Below, piece after piece: positions 37,650 to 49,194 of a DNA stretch of 64,000 nucleotides. Both the position numbers and the translations under genes were made by a program. Every line of letters begins with the position of its first letter. Within the stretch, counting starts at the first letter, position 1. The notes below the pieces were generated by a model. It made no database searches, was not told the origin of the DNA, and saw only the letters and a list, made by a program, of their open reading frames with translations. The DNA comes from Macrostomum lignano (Eukaryota): assembly GCA_002269645.1 (NCBI GenBank), contig NIVC01000247.1, positions 372,001 through 436,000 of the forward strand, in the 5' to 3' direction.

Positions 37650-37885
37650 ACTGGTCAAATGGAGCAAGGGGCCAGGCACGGAAGAAAGACACATGGTGCC
37701 AGCTGGAAAGTGGTGTAGCTCGTGCACTGCGGAGCTGACGGCGCTGGAAGAGGCCTGCAGCTGGCTCTGCAGGCAGGAAAGAGTTGGGCATTCAGACTCT
37801 TGGTGACTGGTGGACGGAGGAGAAGGCGGCGCACGCCTTCTGGAAGTGGTTGAAGAGGAATGGCATAGGCACAGCTTGATCCGGC

Positions 37886-37920
<35 letters not shown>

Positions 37921-37935
37921 AAAAACAACAACAAA
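37650..37935 (+). mobile_element. Possible 5'-truncated non-LTR retrotransposon with (CAA)n tail
   Basis: RKELGIQTLGDWWTEEKAAHAFWKWLKRNGIGTA* resembles LINE ORF2 ends and is followed at once by (CAA)n. A near-identical AACAACAAAAACAACAACAA occurs on both sides. Confidence 0.35.
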
Positions 37936-39035
37936 GTACGCAGCCCCGCATGCACAGTCACAGTTAGAGCAGGGTGCGTCAGATGGCGCGCCGCAGAGCC
38001 TGAGGGTGGACGAAGTCTGCTCCGTTGACAGTGTCGGGCGCCCCGGCGTCACGCGTAGGAGGCTATACATTTTTTACTATATTAGAGAAGGCTTTTATGA
38101 GTACAATAATTGGTACTAAAGACGCAGCTCTACTCAAGTTTATCACGGGTCCGTACACAACTGATTCACTTGTTTTTACCTCTTATATCCACTACGAAGA
38201 TGCCAGCGTATTGAAAAGCATCCAATTTTCAAGCATAAATACCAAAATGTGGACAAGTTCGTATCGAAATACCTGACAGGTGTCATTGTTACTCACTCTT
38301 CTCGGTAATAACAGCCTTTCCCATCCTTTGTTTGCTCACGCTCCTTAACAATGTTTTCCCACGTTTTCTTGTGTGTATTTCCCCAGCGTTTGCCTTAGTG
38401 ACAATTATCTGAGGCAGAGAGGACAGAAAACTCCCAGTCTCTTCCCAGCAGAAACTGGGAAACCATCCTGCAGCTCGGAGCCAATCGCCAATCCTCCCAG
38501 AAAGGTGGGATTGCTTTTAGGGTAAGTTTCTTTACAGGCCAATAGCAAGGTAGGGTGGCTCTTCAGATTATATTTCGGCAGAGAAAGAAAATTGAAGTAC
38601 AAGCTGAGTACGAGACTCAATGTTTACAATTGAAAGCTGGGATAAATACAGGCAGACTTCCCCCTGGTGGATAAAGCTTCCTTGCTGTTGAGAGAAGCGA
38701 TAATACGAGCGTGAAGTTTGACAGCTAAAATTATCTGTCTCTTGAGTGGACTGTCATTAAAAGTCGCTTAGTTCACCCACCGATATATACGACTGTACAA
38801 GTGCTCACCCCATCTGGAACTATTCCCCTGTTATCCTCAAACTGCTTCCTCCCATCCCAAATTCTGCTCTGCTCGTGGACAAAAAAGCAGACCCGGCTTT
38901 CAAACCCACACTGTCCTATCACGCTCTGGTGAGGGACAGACAGGAAACGCAGCACGGGAGAGTGAGAGAGCAACTGGTGCACGAGTCTGGCCAGACAATA
39001 AAACTGTTTCTCCCCAGCGGCCTTCCCAGCTCAAC

Positions 39036-39188
39036 ATGTCAACTTCCTCAGCGGCTGTCCGAGGCTCCACAGCCGCAAGCAGTAAGCACCGACACCATCA
39101 CCACCGACATCATCACCACAGCTCGCAGCAGAAGGCACCAATGTCTCTCGCAGACTACATAGGCATGCGGAGGGGCGTCCAGAAACAG
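39036..39188 (+). CDS. Putative first coding exon of the uncharacterised repeat protein (His-rich N-terminus)
   Basis: Strong acceptor TTTCTCCCCAG| at 39017, AAC-ATG at 39036, translation MSTSSAAVRGSTAASSKHRHHHHRHHHHSSQQKAPMSLADYIGMRRGVQKQ, and donor CAG|GTAGGC in phase 0, compatible with the exon at 40567. Confidence 0.5.
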
Positions 39189-40029
39189 GTAGGCATAATT
39201 TTAGTATAATCAATAATTTGGAGAAATGTAAAATTTATTCAAATCAACATAGCATTTGAAATTCATTTCTTTGAGACAACGGTTTACCCAGAAAGCATCG
39301 TCTGCATGAAATTTCTGCTGCAGAAAAATTTCTTAAGCCCCCTTTCCATTTCTTCCAACTGTACTTGTTCTCTCTTTGCTTCTCTCATCCCGCGCCTCTC
39401 TTCCCCTCTCGCAGTTTCCTGGTATTTCAGCCCTGGTTCAGGCGGGGAGAATTGGCAGGTTAAACAGTGGGGGGGGGGGGGGACGGCAGCACCCGGCGAG
39501 GCCGGCCCGGCTTGGTAAAGAACAATGGCGGGGTGGCAAGAGCTGGCGGACTCCCCCCATCCGGGAGGTTGGCGGCCCTGAACTACGCACCTGAGCGTGG
39601 CAGGATGCAGCAAACTGTTTTTTTTCTGCTTGCCTTGGCAACCCGCTCTTTATGCCCGTGGAGTCGATGCATGTTGAAGCTGCACTATCCGCTGTTGGCT
39701 GCGAGAGAAAACGCTATGCATAATGGAAGGCTTTGATGAAGTGGAGAGACTGGGAAAACTGCTCTGGAAAGTAGACAAGAAAAAAGTCCAGCTTTTTTGT
39801 TTCATTTGTTTTTTGTGAAAATCGATAGAGTAAAAATACATTTTGAGCTTGGACTTTTATTTTGTAACAAAAGCTTACAAAAAAATGCTCCAAAAAGCCA
39901 ATAGCAGCAACAGTAAACGCTTTAAATTTGTTTTCTGTACGAGCGTAAAAAAGCAGAATCAAAACGAACGGGATTTGTGTGTTCTTTGATAGCGCAATGA
40001 AAATGACTTTTCTATTCGTAACATTTGAT

Positions 40030-40500
40030 CCAAAATATTCCAGCTAGGGTGGTCCGTAGGGTGGTCCGTAGACACAGCGGGGAGGGAGGCCAGGGTTGCC
40101 CATTCCGCTAGCCCCTGAAAGCCCGCAGACAGGCAGATGCGGGGGGCGGTCAGGGTGGTCCGCCGGTCCATCCCTTAGCGTGATCTTCCATAGGGAAGAA
40201 AGTGGCTCGTCTTGTCGCCCGGAGGAACTGGATGAGCCGTGGGGATGCTGTCGGACTTGCAGACCTCGTAAATAGACGGGTTTGGCCCGAGGTAGCGTAG
40301 CCGGTCTCTGCAGTAAAGAAAGGGCAGTGACAAACAAAATGCTGAGCATCTTCATTGTAATACTCGCATAAAGGGCAAAGTTCACTCTCGAGGTCGCCTC
40401 GAATGAAGTAGTGTCTGGCGAGGTAGCCATGGCCTGTAACCTCATGACACGGGCTCGAATATCCTTCCGATTTCGGTTCAGGACCTTCAAATTGTCTACC
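40030..40500 (-). mobile_element. 3' end of a LINE (RNase H-clade-type C-terminal CCHC zinc finger), frameshifted
   Basis: Across frames it reads LNRNRKDIR...TGHGYLARHYFIRGDLESELCPLCEYYNEDAQHFVCHCPFF...RLIQFLRATRR, the typical TGH-CxxC-ExxxH-xxxC LINE terminus. Confidence 0.75.
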
Positions 40501-40566
40501 AAATTTTCTTGTCACACTTTTACCTTTGTCTACCAAATTTCTACCGATTTGCACCCCACTCAGCAG

Positions 40567-42888
40567 GTGGAAGCCAAGCCCAACGTGAAAAAGATGCGAC
40601 TGGGCGGCACCTGGGCGGAGATCGAGCGAGCCGAGCGAGAAGCGGCTCAGGCTGAGTCACAACAAACGGTTGGCAGCAAGAAGACCATGCGCATCGGAAA
40701 CGAGAGCTGGCACGAGAAACAGGCCAGTAGTGAGAAACAGGCCGCGGTTGTTGAAGAGGAACGCGTAGGAACGAAGAAGGTCATGCGGGTTGGCAGCGAA
40801 AACTGGCACGAAAAGCAGGCGGTCGCTGCTAACAATGACGTGGTGGAGGAGAAGACTGGCACTAAAAAGGTCATGCGGGTTGGCAGTGAGAACTGGCACG
40901 AGAAGCAGAAGACAGTTGTTCAAGCAAACACGCTCGCAACTCGGGTTGGCACCCGAAAAAAGATGCGCATTGGAAACGAGAACTGGCACGAGAACCAACC
41001 GACGGCCACTCAAGAAGCTGTCATTAAGGAAGAGAAAGAAGAGAAAGTCGGAACTAGGAAGAGCATGAGGATCGGCAGTGAGAACTGGCACGAGAAACAG
41101 ACGGTAGTTGCCGCTCTTGCGGTTCAAGAGAAGGAAGAAGATAAGGTCGGAACCAGGAAGAGCATGAGGATCGGCAGTGAGAACTGGCACGAGAAGCAGG
41201 AGGCTGTTGTCGAGCAGAGAAACGAGCGTCTGTCCCCACGAGGAAGGAAGATCATTCTAGAACCAGTGGAGCAGACATCTGAGGTTGTGCTGGAAACCCA
41301 GAAAGCAGAGAAGGTGAAACAGGAGGACAAGCGAGTCGCTGAAAAGGCTCAAGCCAGAGACGCTACTGTAATTCAAGTCACAGAGAAGGCTGAGCAGCGA
41401 AAGCATCTTGAACCGATTGTCCAACAGAAGACGGGAACAGTTATTCAGGTTCAGGAAGAAAAGAAAATTGTTCTGCAACAAGAACGAAAAGAGCCTTCCC
41501 AAGTTGAGGTAAAGGCAGAAGCAAAGGCTGAAGTGAAGCAAATGGAGAAAGAGAAAGTCGTTTCCAAGGTTGAAGACAAGACCGAAGCTAAGGAGAAGCA
41601 GAAAATTGAGGTTAAAGCCGAGGTTAAAGCCAAGGAGAAGCAAAATTTTGACAATAAAGGCGTCGTTGTCGCTGCAGCAGTAGCACCAAAGGTTGAGGTT
41701 AAAGCCGAGGACAAAACGAAAGCTGAGGTCAAGGTTGAGGCAAAGCAAAAAGCCGAGGTCAAGGCCGAGGTCAAGGCTGAGGAGAAAAAGAAAGTTGAGG
41801 TCAAAGCCGAAGAAAAGCAGAAAAATGAAAGTAAGGGTTTTGCTTTGGCCGTTGGTGTCTCAGCAAACAAGGCTGAAGAAAAGGTCGAAGAAAAAAAGAA
41901 GGCTGAAGTCAAAGCCGAGGTCAAGGCCGAGGAGAAAAAGAAGGCTGAGGTCAAGGCCGAAGTGAAAGCCAAAGACAAGCAGAAGGTTGAAAACAAGGGC
42001 TTTGCTTTGGCAGTCGGTGTGTCAGCAAACAAAACTGAAGAAAAAAAGAAGGCCGAGGTCAAGGCCGAGGTCAAGGCTGAAGAGAAGCAGAAAGTTGAAA
42101 GCAAGGATTTGGCTTTGGCGGTCGGTGTCTCAGCGAACAAGGCTGAGGCAAAAGTAGAAGACAAAAGTAAATCAGAGATCAAGGCTGAAGTCAAGGCAGA
42201 AGAGAAAAAGGAGTCTGACAGCAAGGATCTATCAGTAGGTGTCGGCATTTCCGCAAGCAAGACGGAAGCAAAGGTTGAAGAGAAGAGCAAAGCAGAGATT
42301 AAGGTTGAAGCGAAGAATGAGGACGTAAAAAAGACAGAAGAAAACGCTATGGCTATTTCTGTAGCCGCAAGCAAAGCTGAGAGCAAGATTGAGGAGCAGG
42401 TCAAGGCTGAAGTCAAGGCTGAAGAGATATCTGCCAAGGTCGAGACTAGCTCGGAAGAGAAAACTGAGACGGAAGAGAAGACAGATGTAAAAGTTGAGGA
42501 GAAATCTGAAGCTGCATCGGTAAGCGTAACTGCAGACGTCAGTAGCAAGTCCGACACCAAGTCTGAGACCAAATCTGAGAAGCAATCGAAATCGTCATCG
42601 AAATCGGTGAGCAAGTCGGAAAGTCAGTCAGTGAGTCGCACTCGCACAGAAGCCACGGATGAGCTTGGAGGCCTGATAAAGATGCTGGACAGTCAGGTGG
42701 ACCGTCAGCTAAACAGCATCAACGGTCCATCGGAGCCGCCAGCCCCTGACCCGAAAGTGGACGCCGCCATGCAGAAGATTTTGCACAAAGATTTTCAAAG
42801 CAAAGTTGACGCGTTCATTAGCAGCAGCGAGTACGACGCCAATGGAGGCTTTTTTGAGTCGTGCAAAAAACTCGCTAAAGAGATCTGA
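40567..42888 (+). CDS. Uncharacterised repeat protein, main exon (MRxGxExWHEKQ repeats, Lys/Glu/Ala/Val-rich region, short C-terminal domain)
   Basis: A 2.3-kb open frame with synonymous divergence between peptide repeats. A tandem CAG-CAG acceptor lies at 40563/40566. The ORF-track start at 40411 lies in a LINE remnant/intron. Confidence 0.85.
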   Translation: MEAKPNVKKMRLGGTWAEIERAEREAAQAESQQTVGSKKTMRIGNESWHEKQASSEKQAAVVEEERVGTKKVMRVGSENWHEKQAVAANNDVVEEKTGTKKVMRVGSENWHEKQKTVVQANTLATRVGTRKKMRIGNENWHENQPTATQEAVIKEEKEEKVGTRKSMRIGSENWHEKQTVVAALAVQEKEEDKVGTRKSMRIGSENWHEKQEAVVEQRNERLSPRGRKIILEPVEQTSEVVLETQKAEKVKQEDKRVAEKAQARDATVIQVTEKAEQRKHLEPIVQQKTGTVIQVQEEKKIVLQQERKEPSQVEVKAEAKAEVKQMEKEKVVSKVEDKTEAKEKQKIEVKAEVKAKEKQNFDNKGVVVAAAVAPKVEVKAEDKTKAEVKVEAKQKAEVKAEVKAEEKKKVEVKAEEKQKNESKGFALAVGVSANKAEEKVEEKKKAEVKAEVKAEEKKKAEVKAEVKAKDKQKVENKGFALAVGVSANKTEEKKKAEVKAEVKAEEKQKVESKDLALAVGVSANKAEAKVEDKSKSEIKAEVKAEEKKESDSKDLSVGVGISASKTEAKVEEKSKAEIKVEAKNEDVKKTEENAMAISVAASKAESKIEEQVKAEVKAEEISAKVETSSEEKTETEEKTDVKVEEKSEAASVSVTADVSSKSDTKSETKSEKQSKSSSKSVSKSESQSVSRTRTEATDELGGLIKMLDSQVDRQLNSINGPSEPPAPDPKVDAAMQKILHKDFQSKVDAFISSSEYDANGGFFESCKKLAKEI

Positions 42889-44157
42889 CTTTGCTGAGAC
42901 TTTCTTCTCACGAAGAATTCGGTGAAGTTACCTGCATGTAGATCTATCACTTTTGTAACTATTGTAACAACATGCATACTGATACTTTCTATATCCGGGT
43001 CATCTGGAAATTGCTTTATTTTATTTCTTGGCTTCGTTTGTTTATACCTCTGCATGGCTGTTTCCGTGTGTTTTCCTTTATCTTATTAATAACCTTCAGA
43101 CTTCAGAATCTGGTAGAGAAATTTTGTGACCTTTTCGAACGAGTTTCATTGCACAATTCACAAGTCGTTGGGTTTTTGCTCTACAAATCAAGCCTTGCTG
43201 GGAGCTGCGTTGCTGCATCAGGCTAATTACAGCCCAGACATATTTCCTTTTGTGATATTTTTATTCCTAACGAACTTTTTATCAAACAAAAAGTTCTTCA
43301 AGTAAGAATACAGGTAGTTGAAAAAGGGGATCATTGGGATTTTGTCATCCGAAAGTGACATTAATGTTATTTTTTAAACTCCTGCTTTTCTCGAGCTTTA
43401 ACTATTTGATGCTTTTGTGAAGATGAATATGGAAGGTGAGATTTTAGGAAATGTTTTTGTTTTGGTCGCTTGAAAGTCGCTTTATCGTATACGGTAATTT
43501 TTCAGATGTACTTTACTGTATATGTTCTCACCGACGTTTAATATTACTCTGTTTTCTGAGTCACTACGATCGCTCTCTACCCGTATAGCATGACGACGTT
43601 CGATCCCGACCTTTATCGATGTCTATGACAGAAAGTACCGTACTTTACATTTCGCCGACGTTCGCCCCGACGTATGTGACGTCGTTATTCGTCTATGTAA
43701 TGCAAAAGCACATACATGTATTTTAATCATCGCGACGTCGAATTATTGCTGTAACGGCTTACTGGTACAAATTACATGTACAATTAAATGCTGCTACCTG
43801 CGATTTTGTGGATGTACAAAAAATTTGTTGTACAAACTCTCAACTCGTACATGTTTATATGTAGATCAAAAATACATCCAGAAAGCTATACATTTAACTC
43901 TTTTGTAGCAATAAATACTATACTATGAACGTCAAATAATCGTATTGTACTTTTTTATCATCTTGTTTCCTTTTTTGTTGCGATCCCTTGATCTATAACG
44001 ATTGCAGTTTCGAATCAAGAAAAGGGCGTGCGGAGCATGCAGCAGTTATATGGTATTGGCAAATTTTCAAAAAGATAAGAGCATGCAGATATGCATTCAA
44101 GGTACGAGTGGATCAGCCGAGCGGATCAGCCGAGCGGATCAGCCCACGGCCTATAGG

Positions 44158-44630
44158 CAGGGGTCGGCAAACTTTTTAGTTCAATGGCCATATACAAAGA
44201 AGCTAGATCGTTGCTGCGGGCCAGATGGACCGTGGAAACAGATAGAGAATGGGAAGAGAGAAGAATAAAGCGAGAAGAGATTAGACACGATGAGAGAAGA
44301 GATGAGAGAGAATATAGGAGATAAGACGAGAGTAAAAAGGAATATATGAGAGGGGAAGAGATGCGAGAAGATATAGGAGATAAAGAAAGAATATGAGAGG
44401 AGAGACTAGGAGCCAAGAGAAGAGAGAAGAGAGAAGGGAGATGAGAGGAGAGAGAGAAGATGACATGTGAGATGAGTGGAGTGAGTAGAGAAAATAGAGA
44501 GAGCTAAGAAGAGACAAACCTTGAGTACGTGGGAAGGATTGCCATTGTAAGGTTTCAAATAACCCGAGAACCAGATAGAGAGACTTCGCGGGCCGCATTT
44601 GGCCCGCGGGCCGAAGTTTGCCGACCTAAG
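44158..44630 (+). mobile_element. hAT (Charlie-like) MITE with GA-rich interior
   Basis: Left end CAGGGGTCGGCAAACT, right end AGTTTGCCGACC with a GCGGGCCGCATTTGGCCCGCGGGCCG subterminal motif. The TSD is not preserved. Confidence 0.7.
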
Positions 44631-46294
44631 AGCTCTGGCCTCGAGTTCATGGGTACTATAATTACAAGCAGACTTCAAAAAATTGTTATTGGCATTCGGG
44701 GGGATACATCTCAATCTGTCTGTCTACGCCCCTGTTGCGAAGGTACCAGCCTTTTTTAAACTAATTATAAACAAGTTAATATTTGCAAATGTACCTTATC
44801 TGAAAAAAGCTATTTTAAACAAAATTTGTTATACCTCTTTTAAAACTCAATATACTCTTTTTCTTAGAAATCAGCCAATGATTCGGCAATATAGCGTCGC
44901 GTCGAACATGCTAGAGTTAACCTGGATTATTAATGGATAATTGATATCCTAGTAATCGCGATATGCCCAATGCTTTATATAATTATAGCCTAAATTATGC
45001 ACAAAATCGTTTTTTGTAGAATTAGTAGTCATAGAAGACAGTAATTGATTGCTTAAATTTAAACATAGGCCTAGCTTTTTGGCTGAATTCAATTTTGCTT
45101 GGTTCTACAAAATTAGTTTAAAAAATACTTTTGGCCACAAAAAACTATAGCGATTAAAAATTTTCCTCCGAATCTTTCTTTCAGGATATGTCATGCACCT
45201 TAGCAGTTGTAATTACAAAATTCTTTTGAAAAAAATAGGTAAGCCTTATATCTTATGACTTATATCCTATGATTCCTCTCTATTAAACTATTATTGTATT
45301 ATTGATACCTTTTTGGTCTCATTTGTCACTATTTGAAGTATAGGGCGTAATTAAATAATATATAAGATTAATTGGACTTTCTAAATCATTTTATTAGTCT
45401 TTGCTTTATTTGCTTTTATTTTAACTTTATCAAATTTTGGTTAGAATCCAATTGTGATTGGCAAAGACTATTAATTAGTATTAATAGGCCCTAATACAAA
45501 GAAGGGCTGCCCCAGGCCAAAGGTAGTGTTACTTTCATTTATATCTCTCATTCTAATGTTTATATTTATTTACATTTATATTTTAATGTCAACTCTCCTT
45601 ATTATATTAACTTTGGCATCACTAAAAAAATAATAGAAACAAAAGTTATTTTAAGTTAAGAACAAAAATAAAGCAGGAGCTCAACCATAGACTTACAAGC
45701 CTATATAGTAAGTCAACAGTCTAGTAAAAAGTAGTAAAAGTAACAAAAATAGCAAAAACAAAAGGCTAGTGTGCCAAGTAACTCTAAAAATGACTAAATA
45801 AGTAGTTGGATTATTAAATTGTTTGCTCCAAAGCCTATGGTTTTGACCATAGAATACTGAAAAATCTATCTTTTAGCATTGGGTTTCCCTATTTATTAAT
45901 TAATGGCTTGAGCTTGTACTATCAAATGGCTTGCAAAAAGCTGTACTAAGCTAATTAAGCTAATTGGTATTCATTTTTTGCAATATATACTTCATGATTT
46001 TTGTATAATAATATGTTTTAAAATTGAGGTCAATGAGAACATAAAGCATTTTAAACACCAATAACTAATATAGCTATATTTTTATATAAAAACAAGCTGT
46101 TGAAACCCGCGGATTTTGAACCCGGGGAATTTCAATCCCTGGAACTATTTTGCATGTACTCATATTCTAAAATCTGAGGTCAAACTCAAACAAAAACTCG
46201 TTAATAGTTAGGTAAGAATTAATCATAAAATAGAGTACATTCGTAAAAAAATTAGGATTTGAGGCAAACATTTATATTGTTGGCTGGGGTGCTC

Positions 46295-47806
46295 CGAACA
46301 GGCAAACTCTGGCCTCTGCCTCTCCTTATGTCCCTTGGATCCTTAGAAACTTTGACCTTCTCTTCTGTTTCCTCTCCTCTCTCTCGTCTCTGTCTCTTCT
46401 CTCTCTCTCCTCTATCCCCTATTCTCTCGTCTATTCTCTCTCCCTTCTATTCTTTTATCCCTCCTCTCTACTCTCTCCTCTCTCTCCTCTCATCTCTTCT
46501 CTTCTTTCCTCTCTCCTCTCTCCTCTCTTCTATCGTCTCTTCCCTCACTTTTCTTCTCTCTCGTCTTTGCTCTCTTATCTATCTCTTCTTTCTCTTCTTT
46601 TATCTTTTCTCTCTTCTCTTTTCTCATTCTTTCTGCATGTTCTCTCCTCTCTCTTTCCCTCTCTCTCTCCTCTCTCTCTCCTCTTATCTCTCTGCTCTCT
46701 CCTGTCCCATATCTCTTTCTCCTCTAATCTCTCCCCTGTTTCATCTCCTCTCTCGTCCTTTCTACTCTTTCCCCTGTCCTCTCGTTTCTCTCCCCTCCCC
46801 TCCTCTCTCCTCACTCACTTCTCTCTCCCTTTGTCTTACCTCTCATCTCTTATTTCTATCCTTTTTTCTCTCCACTCTCCCATCTCTCGTCTGTTCACTC
46901 TCGTCTCTGGTCTCTCATCTCCCCTCTCTCATCTGCCATCTTTACTCTCTTATACTCGTATGTTTTCTCACCTCTCTCATCTGTACTCTTCTTTTTCCCC
47001 TCTTTTGACTCCTCTCTTTCCTTCTCCTTTTTCCCTTCTCTTCTCTTCCCTCTTCTATTCTCTCCCTCTCTTGTCTTCTCTCTTCTCTCTTCGCTCTCCT
47101 CTCTCCTCTCATATATCGCGTTCACTCTCATCTTTGCTCTCTACCCCCTCTCTCTTCTGTCATCTTTACTCTCCACTCTCCTGTGTACTCTTCTCTTTCC
47201 CCTCTACTGAATCCTCTCTTCTTACTCCTCTTCTCTTCCCTCTTCTATACTCTTCTCTTGTCTCTTTGCACTCTGCTCTCTCTTCCTTCATCTCTCATCT
47301 CTACTCTCTCGTCTCCACAATCTCATCTCTTTCCTCTCTCCTCTTCTTCCCTTTACTCTATCATCTCTCCTTTCTCCTCTCTTCTTTCTCAACTCTCTCT
47401 CTCTCTCTCATCTCTTATCTCCTCTCTTCTCACTCCTCTCTCCCTCTCTCTCCCCTCCTATCTCCTCTCTGTTCTCTATTCTCTATTCTCTTCTCACTCT
47501 TCTCTACTCTCCTCTCTCATCGATCCTCTGTCTCATCTCTCCCCTCTTCTCTCTTCCTCTTCTCACCTCTACTCTTTCCTCTCCCTCCTGTCTCCCCTCC
47601 TCTCGCTTCCTCCTCCCATATTCTCTGCTCTCTCCTCGTCCTCACCCCACTCGTCTTTCCTGTTATCTTATATCTTTTCTCTTACCCCCTCTCACCCTTC
47701 CTCTCTTTCTAATAGTCTATTCCTTTTCTTTTTTACTCTCATCTGGCCCGCAGCCATGAGCTGGATTCTTTATCTGGCCTTTGAGTTAAAAATCTACCGA
47801 TCCCTG
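46295..47806 (-). mobile_element. Second, inverted copy of the same hAT MITE with an expanded (about 1.4 kb) CT-rich interior
   Basis: 47741-47806 is a diverged reverse complement of 44158-44226, and GGCAAACTCTGGCC at 46301 corresponds to the other end. Confidence 0.6.
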
Positions 47807-48419
47807 CTTTGAAAGCCAGTTTGTGGGACGTAGTACTATCATGGTTATCATTTCTTATGCTTTAAACACGTCACCTTTCTGGCCAATTAGCAGCCCTGAG
47901 AGGAATTTGTGTATCTCCAGCTCCACCACCACAGTCTGCACTCTGCAGCAGTCTAACAACCAAGGAAATGCGCATTTCTTAGGAGTCATTTAAATTTTAA
48001 AGTTACTCTATGCGAAAATTAATGTTAAAAGCTTCATGGTGTAACTAATTTAGTAGGATTGCATTGTAATAAGTTATTCATTAATTTTTCGCTATTTTTA
48101 TAAACCATCCCACATCGCCTTGATTTGCCATCCTTGTTTAACTGCTGCGACTTGTCTATACAGAGGACAGTAGTTTGAATCTCTCGCTAAACTTTCTCCT
48201 CTCCACGCCTCTCCACTCGCGGGGGTACAGAGACGGCTATTAAAAAGTTATTCCAAAACACTGTACATTTGCTATGTACATTCAGTCCTATCGCCTGACC
48301 CTTCGTCTGGCTCTGGGGGAATGAGTGAGTGAGTGGCACAAACAACAGAAAAAGCAGACAAACTTTACATGCTTACAGTTTCTTTTTCGGTTGAGTTACA
48401 GAGTTGAAACTTTACATTT

Positions 48420-48953
48420 AGATAGAGAATGAGTCAATGAAGAATTGTGTCAAGTTTGAAGTCAATCGCTTTACGTGGAGCAAACATGGCAGCTGAAAGT
48501 TAGTCAATTTTGAAACCCTTTTACACATCTGGGCCCAGATCGGTAACGGGAAAGAGAGGCAGGCGGGCGGAGGTTGGGGTGGTTGCTACGCTGAAAAAAA
48601 CAGCCTAACTTTAAAAGTGCACAGCACCGCTCAGGATTAACTTTGAGACTCGAAATTTTACACAATTGTGCCAAAATAGTTAAAGATTATCTGTGTCAAA
48701 TTTGAAGAGAATCGGTAGAAGTGGAGCGGCGCTATGGAGGATTAAGTGAAAAAATCGCACATTTTGAGCAGTTTTTTGTACTTTTAGGTAGGAAGACTCA
48801 AATTTAGGAAATTAAAAGGTAGCCTAAGACATTCTCCGTAGTAAGTTTAGGGTGGGTGTAAAGTTTGGTGTAATTTGGTTGAGCGGTTTGGGAGTCCATA
48901 GCGAAGTAATTTGTCCACAGACAGACAGAGTTTTGATTTTTATAGGTAGAGAT
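48420..48953 (+). mobile_element. Helitron/Helentron-like non-autonomous element (DINE-1/Lep1-type 3' end); 5' boundary uncertain
   Basis: The terminus ...AATTTGGTTGAGCGGTTTGGGAG...ACAGACAGACAGAG...TTTTTATAGGTAGAGAT and internal CAAATTTGAAG..AATCG motifs resemble that family. Confidence 0.4.
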
Positions 48954-49194
48954 ACCATTGACTAAGTCTATTGCTATTTTACAAATCACTATTAGATTAA
49001 TATATTTTTATTCATGCCAAAGGTAAGCTAGACTTTATCAAAGATTGCACATTAACTTGAATCATTTAATTCTGCTAATATCATATCAATTCATATTCAA
49101 ATTTTGTTATCACAAAACAATAACAGGTCCGATTCCAGCACTCTCCAGTTGCATTAGACGCTTAGCTAAGTCAGCCAGTCTCCCAAGCAGATCA

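Noticed and set aside
38387-38521. Well-bounded 135-nt exon candidate (CCCCAG| ... AGG|GTAAGT)
   Set aside because: Its only open frame is not phase-compatible with the exon at 39018 and the peptide is unrecognisable. It may be a UTR exon, but cannot be supported as CDS.
40647-42614. Minus-strand ORFs (387 aa Ser/Ala/Phe-rich and others)
   Set aside because: Antisense shadows of the Lys/Glu-rich plus-strand gene.
46259-47812. Leu/Ser/Phe-rich membrane-protein-like ORFs
   Set aside because: Translation of the CT-rich interior of an inverted MITE.
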